NCBI GenBank assembly: GCA_043228905.1
Contig: JBHGNT010000005.1
Coordinates: 20,274,001-20,338,000 of the forward strand
Reading direction: 5' to 3'
Length of the DNA: 64,000 bases
Source of the DNA: Azolla caroliniana
Lineage: Eukaryota > Plantae > Polypodiophyta
Both the position numbers and the translations under genes were made by a program. The notes beneath the pieces were generated by a model that saw only the letters and a program-made list of their open reading frames with translations, ran no database searches and was not told the origin of the DNA. Below are positions 12,242 to 25,652 of the stretch, piece by piece (within the stretch, counting starts at the first letter, position 1; every line of letters starts with the position of its first letter).

Positions 12242-15200
12242 TGGCCGTATTCACACTGTCCCTTTGGACAACCCAAGTTTGGGCTATTTCTGTAAATAGC
12301 ATAAAGGGTAGTTGCCCTAGGATAGTCACTATATAAAGTGACTTTGTAACCTTTAGTGTAGGTTGGTTGTCATTTGTAACTGTTGCTATTAAGAAATAAA
12401 ACGTTTCTTTGTGCCTCTCTCTCTCTCTCTGTATCTTGTTCATTCTCATACAAAGGTCCTTCAACATCACAGATGTTGTTTGTTCTTCCGCACTGACGAC
12501 CTTGTCCCCAACATTTGGTATCAGAGTGTTGGAGGTTCTTCAACCCGCTACCGACCGTCTTAGTACATCACACAACATTTTGTTTCTGTTTTTTCTTGAA
12601 GAACAAAGAAGAGAGAAGACAAACAAGAAGTTTGCATCTCACTGTGTTAAATCACTAATTGGAGTAAGCTAACCGGATGTACTCTGTTCTTGTGATTGTA
12701 ACCACTTGAGGTGAGCTCCTTGTGCAACACCCGACCCAATTGTGCTTCATTTGGTTAAACAACATCCGAATAGGTCACTAGACGCTATTCACCCGCTTGT
12801 TGTAACCACCCGTTGCAGATTGGTCTCCAGGCAACAACCAAATTCGTGCTTCATTCGGCTGATCAACATTCAGGAGGATCAGTTGGATCCCTCCCTCTCA
12901 TCGAAGCAGAATCGACCTAAATAATCAGTTTCTTGTGATCAATATTCAACATACAATCGGAAGCTAACCGGAGTCACTCCAAGAAGGTTCAACAAACAAG
13001 TATCCGAAGCCAAATTGACTCGGGTTCAAGACCGACTAGAACGATATCGGGTGAGCCGACCGACTGCACCCCACTAAGGTTCCTAGTCAACTCCGAACAG
13101 AGTCTTACCAACCGAAACCGAATAAGATGGCATCAACATCCGGCTCATCAGAGATGAGTCTAAGGAGGTTCCACGGTTTGAACTTCAACTTCTGGAAGGA
13201 ACAAATGCAGGACTATCTCATAGTCAAGGGTCAGATAGACCCGATTGAGAATGAAAATCCTCCAGAAGCATACAAGGCAAATGAGTGGCTAAAGCTGGAA
13301 AGAATCGTCTGTGCCACGATTCAGATGCACTTGTCGGAGTCAGTGTACTTCATAGTGCAATCATGCTCAAAAAATTTTGAACTTTGGAAAACACTGTCAG
13401 AAACTTATGAAAAGAAGGTCGCCGCAATGAAGATGTATCTGATCCGGCGCCTCTACAACTTGCGGATGAAAGAATCCGATTCGGTTCAGGCACACCTCAA
13501 CGAGTACGAAAACCTAAGCTCCCAAATATCGTCTCAGGGGATGACAATAGAGGATGAACTCAGAGCGATGATACTCATGAGTAGTCTCCACCCTTCTTGG
13601 GAAACTTTCGTCACAACCATGTGCAATGCTTTGACAACTGCCATTAAGTACTCCAAAATCACGAGCGCAATCCCGACTGAAGCAGCTCGGAGAAAGTCTT
13701 TTGCCAAAGACTCGGCAGATGAAGCTTACGTAGTACAAGGTTCGACCGACCGATCGAACAACCGGGGAAGAAGTTCTTCCCGACCGCCGAACAATCAGCG
13801 AAGCCGGAGTAAGTCCTGGGACAACCGAATCTGCAACTACTGCAAGAAACCGAGACACATCAAAGCCGACTGCCGGGCACTCAAAGCAAAAACCAACAAA
13901 GCTCAGAGAGCGGATCAGAAGAGTACCCGGCATGAGGAGGTCAACTACGTCAGCTCTTCAGCCGAAATTTTGACGACTGACCCAAACATTCTATCCATAG
14001 AGAACCCAGTCGAATTAGAAACTTTGCTTATGACTGAGGAATCGAGCACATGGCTCCAGGACTTGGGTGCATCGTATCATGTGACACCTCACCGATCTCA
14101 GTTTTGGCAATACTCGGACCGGCACTCCGACTCAGTTCGAGTCGGGAACTCGCAACACTGTGCCATAATCGGAATTGGCACCGTAGAGCTCAACCTTCCG
14201 GGTGGCTCTACACTCGTACTACACAACGTCCGAAACGTTCTTGAGCTTTCAAGACCCTTGATATCAGTCGGACAACTTAACGAAGCCGGCATCCGTGCTG
14301 GGTTCTCATCAGTAGGGTGGACACTCCCCAAAGGGAACCCCTTGCTTGCTCGAGGACCAAAGGTACACTCCTTGTACCCTTTATATGTCACACTCAAAGA
14401 GGGTGACTTATTTTTTGTTGATATCCCCGTGTCATCGTTATGGCACGAAAGACTTGGACACCTCAACAAGGCGGGCATAACGCACCTATCTAGAGCCGGT
14501 TACATCCCCAAGCTCTCCTTCTCGGATCACCAATTCTGCGAGCATTGCCAGTATGGCAAACAGGTAGCCGCATCACACCCGACATCAGCACCAAGAGAAT
14601 CGAGTCCCCTCGATTTGGTCCACTCGGACGTCTGTGGCCCGATGCCACATCAGTCTCTAAGCGGTGCTTCGTACTTCGTCAGTCTTATTGACGACTCAAC
14701 TCGGAAGGTGTGGGCTTACCCCATTAGAACCAAAGATCGGGTGTTCTCGATCTTCTCTGAATGGCTTGCAATGGTTGAAAACTAGACCGGTTGGAAACTA
14801 AAACGTCTCCGAACCGATAATGGAGGAGAATTCAAGTCTGACAAATTCGTCAAATTTTGCTGGGAACGCGACATTCAACGTGAATATACGACACCCTATA
14901 GTCTGGAGCAAAACGGAATTGCTGAACGCATGAATCAGACAATTCAAGAACACATAGTATTCATGCTTCAACACTCCGGACTATCGGATGGCTTCTGGGC
15001 TGAGGCTCTACTTACGACAGTACACATAATCAATATATCGCCAAGTAGACTTGTAGGACTTATAATACCTCAGGAAACATGGACCGGCAGTAAGCCGAAT
15101 TATTACAAGTTGAGGATCTGAGGATCTTCGGCTACGAGGCGTATGCCCTCATACCTAAAGACGACCGCCGGAAACTCGAACCAAGATCAAGGAAATGCAT

Positions 15201-17570
15201 TTTCCTTGGATATGGACCCGACGGCGAGATCAGATACCGACTCTGGGACCCCCAGCATAGACAAATCATCTAAAGTTCGGACGTCATGTTCAACGAGTCG
15301 GCTATGCATAAAACAACCGAAAGGCCTATTGAAGTCCGAAGGGTAATATTTTCCGAAGTGCCAACCCTTCATGAAGGCCCAACCCAGAACGCGACATCGG
15401 TCTCACGGGTAACAAACATCTCCCGTCCTAAATCCACCGATTCAACACAACTGAATGGCTCCTCTTCCGACCATCCGACATCTATACCCGATGCGACCAA
15501 TTCAGTCATACCTCGAAGATCTGAGAGATTGTCGCAAATTCCGGAAAGGTACTCTCCCGGAATTTTCTTTACCGACGCCGGCGATCAGACGTCTTATGAA
15601 GAAGCATCGGCATCTACCGACTCAGCCACCTGGCATCTAGCGATGGAGTCGGAAATGCACTCCAATCGCGCAAACAAGACTTGGGACTTGGTCAAATTAC
15701 CGAAGAATCAGCGTGCTATTTTGTGTTAGTGGGTATATTGACTAAAAGAGACGTCTGACTCGACCAACCCAAAGTACAAGGCTAGATTAGTTGCAAAGGG
15801 ATTTCGACAAGAATATGGCGTCGACTTCGACGAAATCTTTTCACCAGTGGTGCAAATGACAACCCTTCGTTTCATGCTCGGCGTCGTGGCCGCCGAAAAC
15901 TTGGAGTTGATTCAGCTAGATGTAAAAACGACATTCCTCCATGGTGACCTACAGGAGGAAATCTATATGGAGAAGCCGAAAGGCTTTGTGGCATCTGACC
16001 AGGAACATCTAGTCTACCGACTCAGGAAGAGCTTATACGGCCTGAAACAGGCACCCTGACAGTGGTACAAGAAGTTCGACGACTTCATCCAGTCGGTTGG
16101 CTTCTCCAAGACCGGCCGACATGCCGGAGAGCTCACCGAACTCGTTCGGAAACTGCTGTGGAAGTTTTCCATGAAGGACCTCGGTCCAGCAAGACACATA
16201 CTTGTTATGAAGATCAGTCGGCATCGCGATAAACGACAACTTTTCTTGTCTCAAACCGGCTACATCGGACGTGTCTTGGAACGCTTCAACATGCACTCAG
16301 CCAAGTCTGCTTCGACCCCACTCCCCATTAACCTTCGATTGTCTTAGCGAGACTGCCCGACATCCGGTCCGGAGGGGGAAGATATGAAGTCGGTACCGTA
16401 TGCATCGGTAGTCGGCTCCCTTATGTACGCGATGGTCACGACACGGCCTGACATTTCTCACACCGTAGGAGTCGTCAATAGATTCATGCATAACCCAGGC
16501 CGATCACATTGGAACGCAGTCAAGCATGTGTTTAGATATCTAGTTGGCACAAAAAACCACGACATTCTTTTTGGCCCGAACTCAACCTCACGCGTAGTCG
16601 GTTACACCGACTCGGACTTCACCGGCTGTGTGGATAGTTGGAAATCAACAACCGAATATTGTTTCAAATTTGGCAATGGAACAATCTCGTGGAAGTCGAA
16701 ACTTCAGGAGTGCACAACCACCTCAACAACCGAAGCAGAGTATGTAGCTGCGTCCGACGCGGCGAAAGAAGCTTTATGGCTCGGTCGGCTGGCACGCACG
16801 TTTCGACAAGTCGACTTCGACTCGGCTCCAGTTGTCTACAACGACAGTTAGGGTGCTATTGCTTTGGCAAAAAATCCGGTTCACCACAACGCCTCCAAGC
16901 ATATCGACGTTCGATATCACTTTGTTCGGGACTGCGTCATTTCAGGGAAAATCGATCTCGAGAAGATATCCACAACCGATAATGTTGCAGATGGAATGAC
17001 CAAGTGTCTTTCATCGTATCGCTTCCGGTCCCTTCGGCCCTAGATGGGTGTAACGAAAAATTGTTCCGGTTAAAGTTGGACACATAGCACAAGATGGTTT
17101 CGGAAAACTGACATTGGTTTTTTGAGGATCGGCTTCAACTCTTCTGACCTGACTGGTCCGGTCTTCTGTCTTCAGATCTTGCCGACTCAAACAAAACCGA
17201 TCTGTCCGATAAACCTTGTATATACCTGTAATTTCAGATAACCCATGTATACGCCCATTACGGGGGAGTGTCAAATACGAGTGTATAATGGCCGTATTCA
17301 CACTGTCCCTTTGGACAGCTCAAGTTTGGGCTATTTCTGTAAATAGCATAAAGGGCAGTTGCCCTAGGATAGTCACTATATAAAGTGACTTTGTAACATT
17401 TAGTGTAGGTTGGTTGTCATTTGTAACTGTTGCTATTAAGAAATAAAACGTTTCTTTGTGCCTATCTCTCTCTCTCTCTCTCTCTCTGTATCTTGTTCAT
17501 TCTCATACACAGGTCCTTCAACATCACAAATGTTGTTTGTTCTTCCACACTGACAACCTTGTCCCCAACA
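12242..17570 (+). mobile_element. Full-length decayed Ty1/copia element B
   Basis: 5' LTR 12242-12513, PBS TGGTATCAGAG 12516-12526, PPT GGGGGAG 17262-17268, 3' LTR 17269-17570. TSD TTAAG at 12237-12241 and 17571-17575. Confidence 0.95.
13127..17073 (+). pseudogene. gag-pol: Copia B gag-pol polyprotein, disrupted
   Basis: Zinc knuckle CNYCKKPRHIKADC, protease WLQDLGASYH, integrase HxxLGH/CEHC/HSDVCGP, RT and RNaseH motifs. Several stops, and a deletion removes YVDD. Confidence 0.92.
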
Positions 17571-17575
17571 TTAAG

Positions 17576-18290
17576 TCGGTAGTAGTGAGAGTTGACTGGG
17601 AGGTCGATTTCGACTTCTGTTGCTTCCAATCCTCGATAGTCTTGTCTTCCAAGAAGACAACATCCCGACTCCTCACTACCTTCTTTGACTAAGTCCCACA
17701 ACTTGTAGCCAAACTCATCCTCCAAGTATCCCATGAATATGCATGGTTTCGATTTACTGTCGAGCTTCAACCTCTGATCCTTAGCCACATGCATATACAC
17801 TAAGCATCCAAACACCCTCAAGTGTCGGTAGGAGACATCCGTTCTTGTCCACACCCTTTGTGGGACATCACCTTTCAGTGGTATTGAGGGGAACCAATTG
17901 ATCAGGTAAATAGTTGCATACATGGCCTCAACCCAATACGATTTTGGCAGTTTAGCATGAGAGAACATGCTCCTTACTCTCTCCATGATTATTTGATTCA
18001 TCCTCTCTGCAAGCTCGTTTAATTCAGGCGTCTTTGGCCTTGTAGTATTCCTCAAACTGCCCTCTATATTCACCACCATTTTCAGTTCGAACAACCTTCA
18101 ACTTCCGACCCGACTCTCGTTCAGTTCTTGCCAGGAACTCTTTGAACATTGACAGTAGTTGATCCTTTGACTTTAGTACGAAGGCCCATGTCTTCCAACT
18201 ATAGTCATCGGTAAATGTTACGAAGTACTGTCCACCTTGATGTGATGGAGCATCTATATAGCACACATTTGTGTGTACTAGTTCCAATGC
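17576..18290 (-). pseudogene. pol: Copia integrase core; continues at 12236 across element B
   Basis: LELVHTNVC, FVTFTDDYS, RTENGGEY, TPELNELAERMN. Reading frame TDLRPNEAT is restored across the B TSD. Confidence 0.9.
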
Positions 18291-19640
18291 ATGCAGCTAC
18301 GGCTGCGCCCCTGTATTCCGCCTCCGTACTTGAAAGAGCGACGGTAGGCTGCTTCTTGCTACTCCAGGATATTGTTCCGCTGCCGAGGGAGAAAACAAAT
18401 CTGGAGGTTGATCTTCTATCGGCTTTGTAGCCGGCCCAATCGGCATCTGTGTACCCCTCAAGGTGTGTTGGCATCGCGGTCTTGTAGAGGATGCCGTAAT
18501 CCATTGTGCCGCTCATGTACCGTAGAACTCGCTTAGCGCAATCCAAGTGAGTATCACGCGGTGTTTGCATGAATTGACTAAGGAGATCGACCAGATAACT
18601 GAGATCGGGACGAGTGATAGTGAGGTAGATGAGACTCCCGATGAGTTGCCGATACTGAGTCGGCTCACACGCTTTGGTGCCGGAGTTCGCATCTAGTTTG
18701 AGATTACAATCGAGCGGGGTTGCCACGGATTTGCACTTAGCCATACCAAACTTGTATAACAAGTTGAGGATGTAGTGCCGTTGAGAAATCATGATTCCGG
18801 CCGGAGTCCGAATTACCTTGATGCCGAGGAAGTAGTGGAGTTCCTTCATGTCCGTCATCTCGAACTTGTCGGAAAGGAGGGATTTGACCTTATTGATTTC
18901 GACGAGATGCTCACCTCCAATGACTAGGTCATCCACATATAAGATGATGATGAGCGGACTTGCAGAATCGCTTCGTATGTAGAGGGAGTTGTCCGATTTT
19001 GACATACGGAAGCCGATTTGATGAAGATATTGCGTTATCTTCGAATGTCAAGCACGTGGTGCTTGCTTGAGGCCGTAGAGTGGCTTCTTGAGTCGGCATA
19101 CAACTGTCGGATGGGTGCTCGAGTTGAAGCTGGGTGGTTGTATCATGTACACCTCCTCTTCTAATTCGCCTTGTAGAAAGGCGTTCTTGACGTCCATTTG
19201 ATGGAGGTGCCACCCTTTCGCCGCGGCAAGCGCAACTACGGTTCGTACCGTTGTCATCTTTGCCACCGGGGCAAAGGTCTCCTCGTAGTCAACTCCGTGC
19301 ATTTGGGCGTAGCCTTTCGCTATGAGTCGCGCTTTGTAGCGGTTGACGGAACCGTTGGCGTTGTACTTCACTTTGTAAATCCATCTACATCTGATCGCCT
19401 TTGTGTGTGGTGAGGTGGGAACGAGATCCCACGTCTCGTTCTTGCGTAGTGCCTGCATCTCCTCGTTCATGGCTTCGATCCATCGCGGATCTTTGGCTGC
19501 TTCGGAAAAAGTTTCCGGCTCGCGTATTGTCGCCACCTTCATCATAAAGGCATAGCGATATGCCATGTAGTCGTTGTAGTTGAATCGGCTGACCGGATTC
19601 TTTTCACGGGTGGAGGGCTTTCTTAGCTCCGATTGGTACA
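18291..19640 (-). pseudogene. pol: Copia element C RT-RNaseH fragment, inverted relative to its apparent 3' LTR
   Basis: [45 protein letters not shown]. Confidence 0.9.
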
Positions 19641-19872
19641 TCGAAGCCGCCGAACTCATTGTCGCAAAGTTGCAAAGCCGCGAAGAAAGACGCAATCCGA
19701 AGCACAGACTTTGCAACTACGCACGCAAGCCGAAGCACAGACTTCGTAACTACACACAACGCAAGCTGGAGCACGAATTCTGCAACTCCGCATAAAGCGA
19801 GTTGACACGGACTCCCGAACGTGAGTTGAAGCGGATTTCGGATACCATCTGAAACCGACCCGACTTGAGCTT

Positions 19873-20271
19873 GAGGGGGCGTGTTGAGAATCAAGCTCAA
19901 CTTGGTCTAGTGTGTGAACTCACCTTGAGAGTGAAGAGACACTCCAACGGTCAAGAGTCACCATTATGTCACCACTTTGTATTCTAGCATTTAGTATGAG
20001 TCATAGAATCATATTCTATGACACATAACTTATGAGCTTTCACATTCCCCATGCCCCATGAGTCTTGTAGTTAATGAAGAGAGAGGGTGACTACATAAAG
20101 CACCCTCCTCCCACCTTGTATAATGTTGAGTCTTTCTCCTTTGTTAATACAATCAACCTTGCATATACTCTCTGTGTGTGTGTGTGTGTGTGTGTGTCTC
20201 TATCTCATACACACACACACACAGTTCACACCTATTCCGCTTCACAAGAATCCATCTCTTGATTCTTTACA
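19873..20271 (+). mobile_element. PPT plus 3' LTR (19882-20271), probably of element C, inserted in the RT of element D
   Basis: GAGGGGGCG precedes TGTTGA...TTTACA. Directly followed by YGLKQAPR coding sequence of D. Confidence 0.8.
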
Positions 20272-21213
20272 TATGGCTTGAAACAAGCGCCGAGGATGTG
20301 GTACCAGAAGTTTGACTCCTACATCAGGCAACTTGGATACCACCGATTTGACTACGACCCATGCATGTATATTCGGCAATTGGCCGACGAGTCTAGGATT
20401 TATCTGATCCTATATGTCGACGACATGTTGATTGTAGGAAACAATTAAGCAGAGATCGGAAAGCTGAAGCGGAGCCTTCACGACAAGTTTGCGATGAAGG
20501 AACTCGGACAAGCCCGTCACATACTGGGCATGAGGATTGAGCGAAATCGGACCACCAAGACTCTCTGACTCTCCAAGTCTGACTATATTCGGAAGGTGCT
20601 GAAGCGCTTCAATATGGAGAATGTGAAGCCAACACCAACACCGCTTTCGATGTCGATCCGACTATCGGAAAGAGACTCTCCTTCAATGGACAAGGAGAGA
20701 GAGCTTAATGGAAAGATGCCCTACGCATCAGCCGTAGGAAGTATCATGTACATGTTGGGAGACAGGTCCCTCCGGATGGGAAGGGAGAAGAACAGTGCCG
20801 ATGAACAAACTCGGCCGAGGCCGAAACCGGATGACGAGTACCCGGCTACGGAGAGCCGAATGGTGCAGACCCGGTGAAGACCGGATGAGGAGTGCCCGGC
20901 TACGGAGAGCCGGATGGTGCAGACCCGGTGAAGACCGGATGAGGAGTACCCGACTACGGAGAGCCGGATGGTGCAGACCTGGTGAAGACCGGATGAGGAG
21001 TACCCGACTACGAAGAGCCGGATGGTGCAGACCCGGTGAGGAATGCTCACCGGATGAAGAGACATATTCGTAAATATGTTTCTGAGAGTCCATCGAGGCT
21101 ATATTTGTAAATAGCCGAAAAGTCATATTAGTATAAATATGACTTAGGGCAAACTTCTAGTAACCGTTGTTGTCATTCTTGTTGGTGCAAGGAGTGAGAG
21201 AGCGCGTAACTGT

Positions 21214-21255
<42 letters not shown>

Positions 21256-22528
21256 GTTGTTGCCTCTGTTGTAACCGCCGCCTGTGGCGAAGATCGTGAG
21301 CACGAGGTCGTTGCCTCTGTGAACTCACTGTTGTACATTCTAACATAGTGATAGTTTGCAGTCTGTGGGCTGCCGTGGTTTTTTACCCTAGTTTGGGGTT
21401 TTCCACGTAAACATCCCGTGTACTCTTCTCTTCTTCGTGTCGTGTTTTCTTTCCCGCTTTCTGTGTATGATCCTACGCTCGGTTGTGGCCGAGCGTTGTG
21501 CAAAAGGAGCCTTGAGTTCTAGGCAGTACACAATGGTGGCGACCCAACCCGACCTAGCCTATGCCGTAGGAGTGGTCAACTGGTACATGTCAAACCCAGG
21601 ATGGAAGCATTGGGAGGCCGTCCAACACATCTTCAGATACCTAAGAGGGACCGAAGATACACAAGTGACTTTCAGACTGACAACCTCAGCCAAAGTCGAA
21701 GGCTACACAGATTCCAACTATGCCGGGAATACGGTCAATCGGAAATCGACATTAGGTTTCATCTTCACCTATGGTGGCAGTGCGATATCATGGAGGTCGA
21801 AACTTCAAGAGTGTATGCCTCTGTCGACCACAAAAGCCGAGTACATAACAACATTAGAGGCAGCGAAGGAAGCGATCTGGCTGCATCGATTGTAAGCCGA
21901 CTTCTCAGCTATAAGCCAAACCGACCAACCTGGGCCAACCATCTATTGCGACTAACAGAGCGCAATACACCTCATCACAATCTCGTCTATCACACAAAGA
22001 CGAAGCATATTGAGGTGTGGTATCATCACATCCGGGAGCTCACAACCAAGAAGAAGCTCGAAGTCGGGAAGATTGACACTGAGGTGAACATTGTTGATTT
22101 CCTGACAAAGCCACTCCCAGATGAATGCTTCGGAGCACTAAGGACAAAGATGGGACTACGACAAGCAACCGAGCAAAAGAAAGTCAAACGAGGAGCAGAA
22201 GGTAAGAGTTGACCGAATCAATCATTATAATGAGCCATGCTAGGCTCGACACGGACCTCACCTATGCCGACTCGACTATATGCCGACTGACTTGCAACAT
22301 AAATCTAGATTAGTGTTGTAATCTAAGTTTACAGGGGAGACAACCCCAAACTCATGTACATGTAGGAAAGAGTAGTCCTTTTACGAGAGAGTTTATTGGC
22401 ATAAAAGGCAGACTCCCTCCACTTTGTATCCTAGTGTGAACTCGTCTACATAGTTAGGGCTTAGTATATAAGCAATAACCCAACATTGTAAAGAATAATC
22501 ATCTTGATCATATATCGGATATCAAGTC

Positions 22529-22582
<54 letters not shown>

Positions 22583-22704
22583 TAATAAAGCTTTCCATTG
22601 AAGCTTGACTCTATGTAAGTCTTTGCCTTCTTCCTTCTCTGTGTTGTCTTCTGAGTACGCGAACAAGTTCTCATACGCTTCCGCATACCGACACACATTC
22701 CAAC
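20272..22704 (+). mobile_element. 3' half of copia element D (RT-RNaseH, 3'UTR, LTR ~22314-22704)
   Basis: [41 protein letters not shown]-like segment with TATA and (GA)n. Confidence 0.8.
20753..21525 (+). mobile_element. Copia solo LTR (F-type) with a 54-bp tandem array
   Basis: TG...CA termini. TSD GTACA at 20748-20752 and 21526-21530. Confidence 0.95.
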
Positions 22705-24399
22705 TATCCACAGATTGTAGCTAGAAGTTGTGGGCTTCCGTGCTGAAGACGAAGGATCAAGTGCTATCTGTCTTCAAAGAGTTCCAAGGGAGGGCAGAGA
22801 GAGAAACAGGCTGAAAACTTAAGGCAATCCGAGCGGACAATGGCAGAAAGTATCGTGGACCGTTTGAGGAATATTGCTGAAATCAAGGAATCCGAATTGA
22901 GTATATTGTGCCGAAGATGCCAAAGCTTAATGGGATGGCTGAGAGAATGAACCGGACTGTAATGGAAAGGGTCCGAAGTATGTTTGCACATGCTAAGTTA
23001 CCAAAGACGTTCTAGGCCGAGGCGTTGATGACGACAACGTATGTGATTAACCGATCACCCTCAATACCCCTGGAGGGTGTTATCCCACAAAGGGTGTGGA
23101 GTGGCAAAGACATTTCATATTGACATTTGAGGGTGTTCAGCTGTCTTGCCTATGTGCATGTGGCAAAAGACCAAAGGGGAAAACTAGACCCGAAATCTCG
23201 GCCAGGTATATTTCTCGGCTATGACAATGATGAATTTGGCTATTGGCTATGGGACTTAGCCGAGAAGAAAGTGATTAGGAGCCGTGACATTGTCTTCATG
23301 GAGGAAAATACAATAGTCGACGAGGAGATTGAGAATAAGTCTCCAACTACTAAATCGAACCGAGTCGATGCTCGGCCGAATCAAGTAGAAGTCGATTCGA
23401 TCGAAATCGAATCCGAGCCAGTCGACCTAACTGAAGAATGAGGGGAAACGGCCAAACAAGGAACCGAATTCGACTTGGCCGAAGAAGTTGAAGAAGAACC
23501 GACTATGCCGAATGGAGACCGAAGATATCCCCTAAGAGAGAGGAGGCCCCCCCGAAGATTTCCGGATGAAGAGCATGTACTGCTAACCAATGAGGGGGAG
23601 CTGGAAAGCTTTGAAGAAGCTAAGGAAGATACCCAAAACCAAAAGTGGTTGAGTGCCATGCAAGAGGAGATGGATTCCTTGCATGAGAACCACACATATG
23701 AACTAACCGAACTGCCAAGCGGAAAGAAGATACTTCAGAATAAATGGGTATACAAGTTGAAACCGGGAGATGGCGGGAATCCACCTAGGTAAAAGCACGA
23801 ATCGTCGTGAAAGGCTTTCAACAGAAGAAGGGTGTTGATTTTGACGAAATATTTGCTCTGGTCGTAAAGATGACGTCAATCTGAATCGTGCTAAGCATCG
23901 CGGCCAGCATGGATCTCGAAGTCGAACAACTGAATGTCAAGGCGGTGTTTCTGCAAGGTGATCTCGAAGAGGAGATCTATATGCACTAGCAGGAAGGATT
24001 TGTGGAGAAAGGTAAAGAGAACTTGATATGCCGACTAAGGAAGAGCCTGTACGGGCTAAAGCAAGCACCTCGACAATGGTACCGAAAATTCAAATCCTTC
24101 ATGACCAACAACGGGTACCACAAAACGCAGGCCGATCACTTCGTATTTGTGAAGACATTTGATGGAGGAGATTTCCTCATCCTCCTGTTGTAGGTGGACG
24201 ACATGTCGATTGGCGGACGAGACCATACGAAGATCCGAGTCATGAAGAAGGTCTTGAGCAGATCATTCTCGATTAAGGATATGGGCTCGGAAAAGAAAAT
24301 CCTGGAGATGCACGTTGTTCGGGATTGAACAAAGAAACTGTTGTGGCTATCACAAGAAAAATACGTGACAAAGGTGCTCCAGAGATTCGGTATGGAAAT

Positions 24400-25106
24400 T
24401 GTCGGGATTTCGGTCCCTCCGGATGGGATGTCCGGAAATGAATGACGGCAAGCCCGGTTGCGGTTACGGAACCGGAGGATGAAGAGTACCCGGCATGAAG
24501 CCGGATGATGAAGACCCCGGCTACGGTGCCGGATGATGAAGACCCCGGCTACGGTGCCGGATGATGAAGACCCCGGCTACGGAGCCGGATGATGAAGACC
24601 CCGGCTACGGAGCCGGATGATGAATGTACCCGGAGCGAGATCCGGATGCGGGGACATATTTGTGAATATGTTTGCCAAGGGTCCTTGAGGCCATATTTGT
24701 AAATAGCCCGAAGGTCATATGTGTATAAATATGACTTAGGGCAAACAGTTTTGTTGTTGCTACTTATTTTTCTATTTTTCACTCAAGAGGAGTGAAGAGA
24801 GAGCAGCCGTGAGAGAGATAGAGCGTGAGAGAGGAAGAGGTCGACGCCTCTGTGTAATACCGCCGCCTGTGGCGAGGATAGCGAGCTCAGGGTCGTCGCC
24901 TTGCAGCTTGCCATTGTATATTTCTCTGTGCATAGTTTTGGTTTGGAGTCTTGCACTCCCGTGGTTTTTCCCGTATAGGGTTTTCCATGTTAATCCCTGT
25001 GTTAACGTGTCTTTCTCTGTATTTCCCATTTTCTGCAACAACGATTCGTGTGTTTCCTTGGTTGTGGCCGAGAGGTGAAGGTGAATCGGAGCGTCGATTC
25101 GTAACA
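24400..25106 (+). mobile_element. Copia solo LTR (K-type) with a 28-bp tandem array
   Basis: TG...CA termini. TSD GAAAT at 24395-24399 and 25107-25111. Similar to the K LTRs. Confidence 0.95.
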
Positions 25107-25620
25107 GAAATTGCGAAACCGGTCGACTTGATACTACCGACAAAATGCAAGCAAAGCAAAGAACAATGTCCGAAATCGAAAACTGAGAATGCCGAGATGT
25201 CAAAAGTTCCTTATGCCTTGGCGGTTGGAAGCATGATGTATGCGATGGTATGTACCAGGCCAGACATAGAATACACCGTCGACGTGGTTAGCTGATACAT
25301 GAGCAACCTTGGAAGAGAGCATTGGGTTGTCGTGAAGTGGATACTTCGGTGACGGGAACTGGTCGTTCCTTATGCTCAACGCTCGGCCACAACCGAGCTT
25401 AGAATCATACACAGAAAAGCGGGAACTAAATGCACGACACAAAGGAGAGAAAAAGGTACACAAGATGTTTACGTGGAAAACCCAAACTAAGGGAAAACCA
25501 CGGCAGCCCACAGGCTGCAAACTATCACTATGTTGGAATGTACAAACAGTGAGTTCACGGAGGCAACGACCTCTTGCTCATGATCTTCGCCACAGGCAGC
25601 GGTTACAACAGAGGCAGCGA

Positions 25621-25652
<32 letters not shown>

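Noticed and set aside
20721-21126. Repetitive ORFs on both strands (also at 60169-60669), and a CRISPR-like look of the arrays
   Set aside because: These are contiguous 54-bp LTR tandem repeats. The period is a multiple of 3, which keeps frames open. There are no unique spacers and no cas genes.
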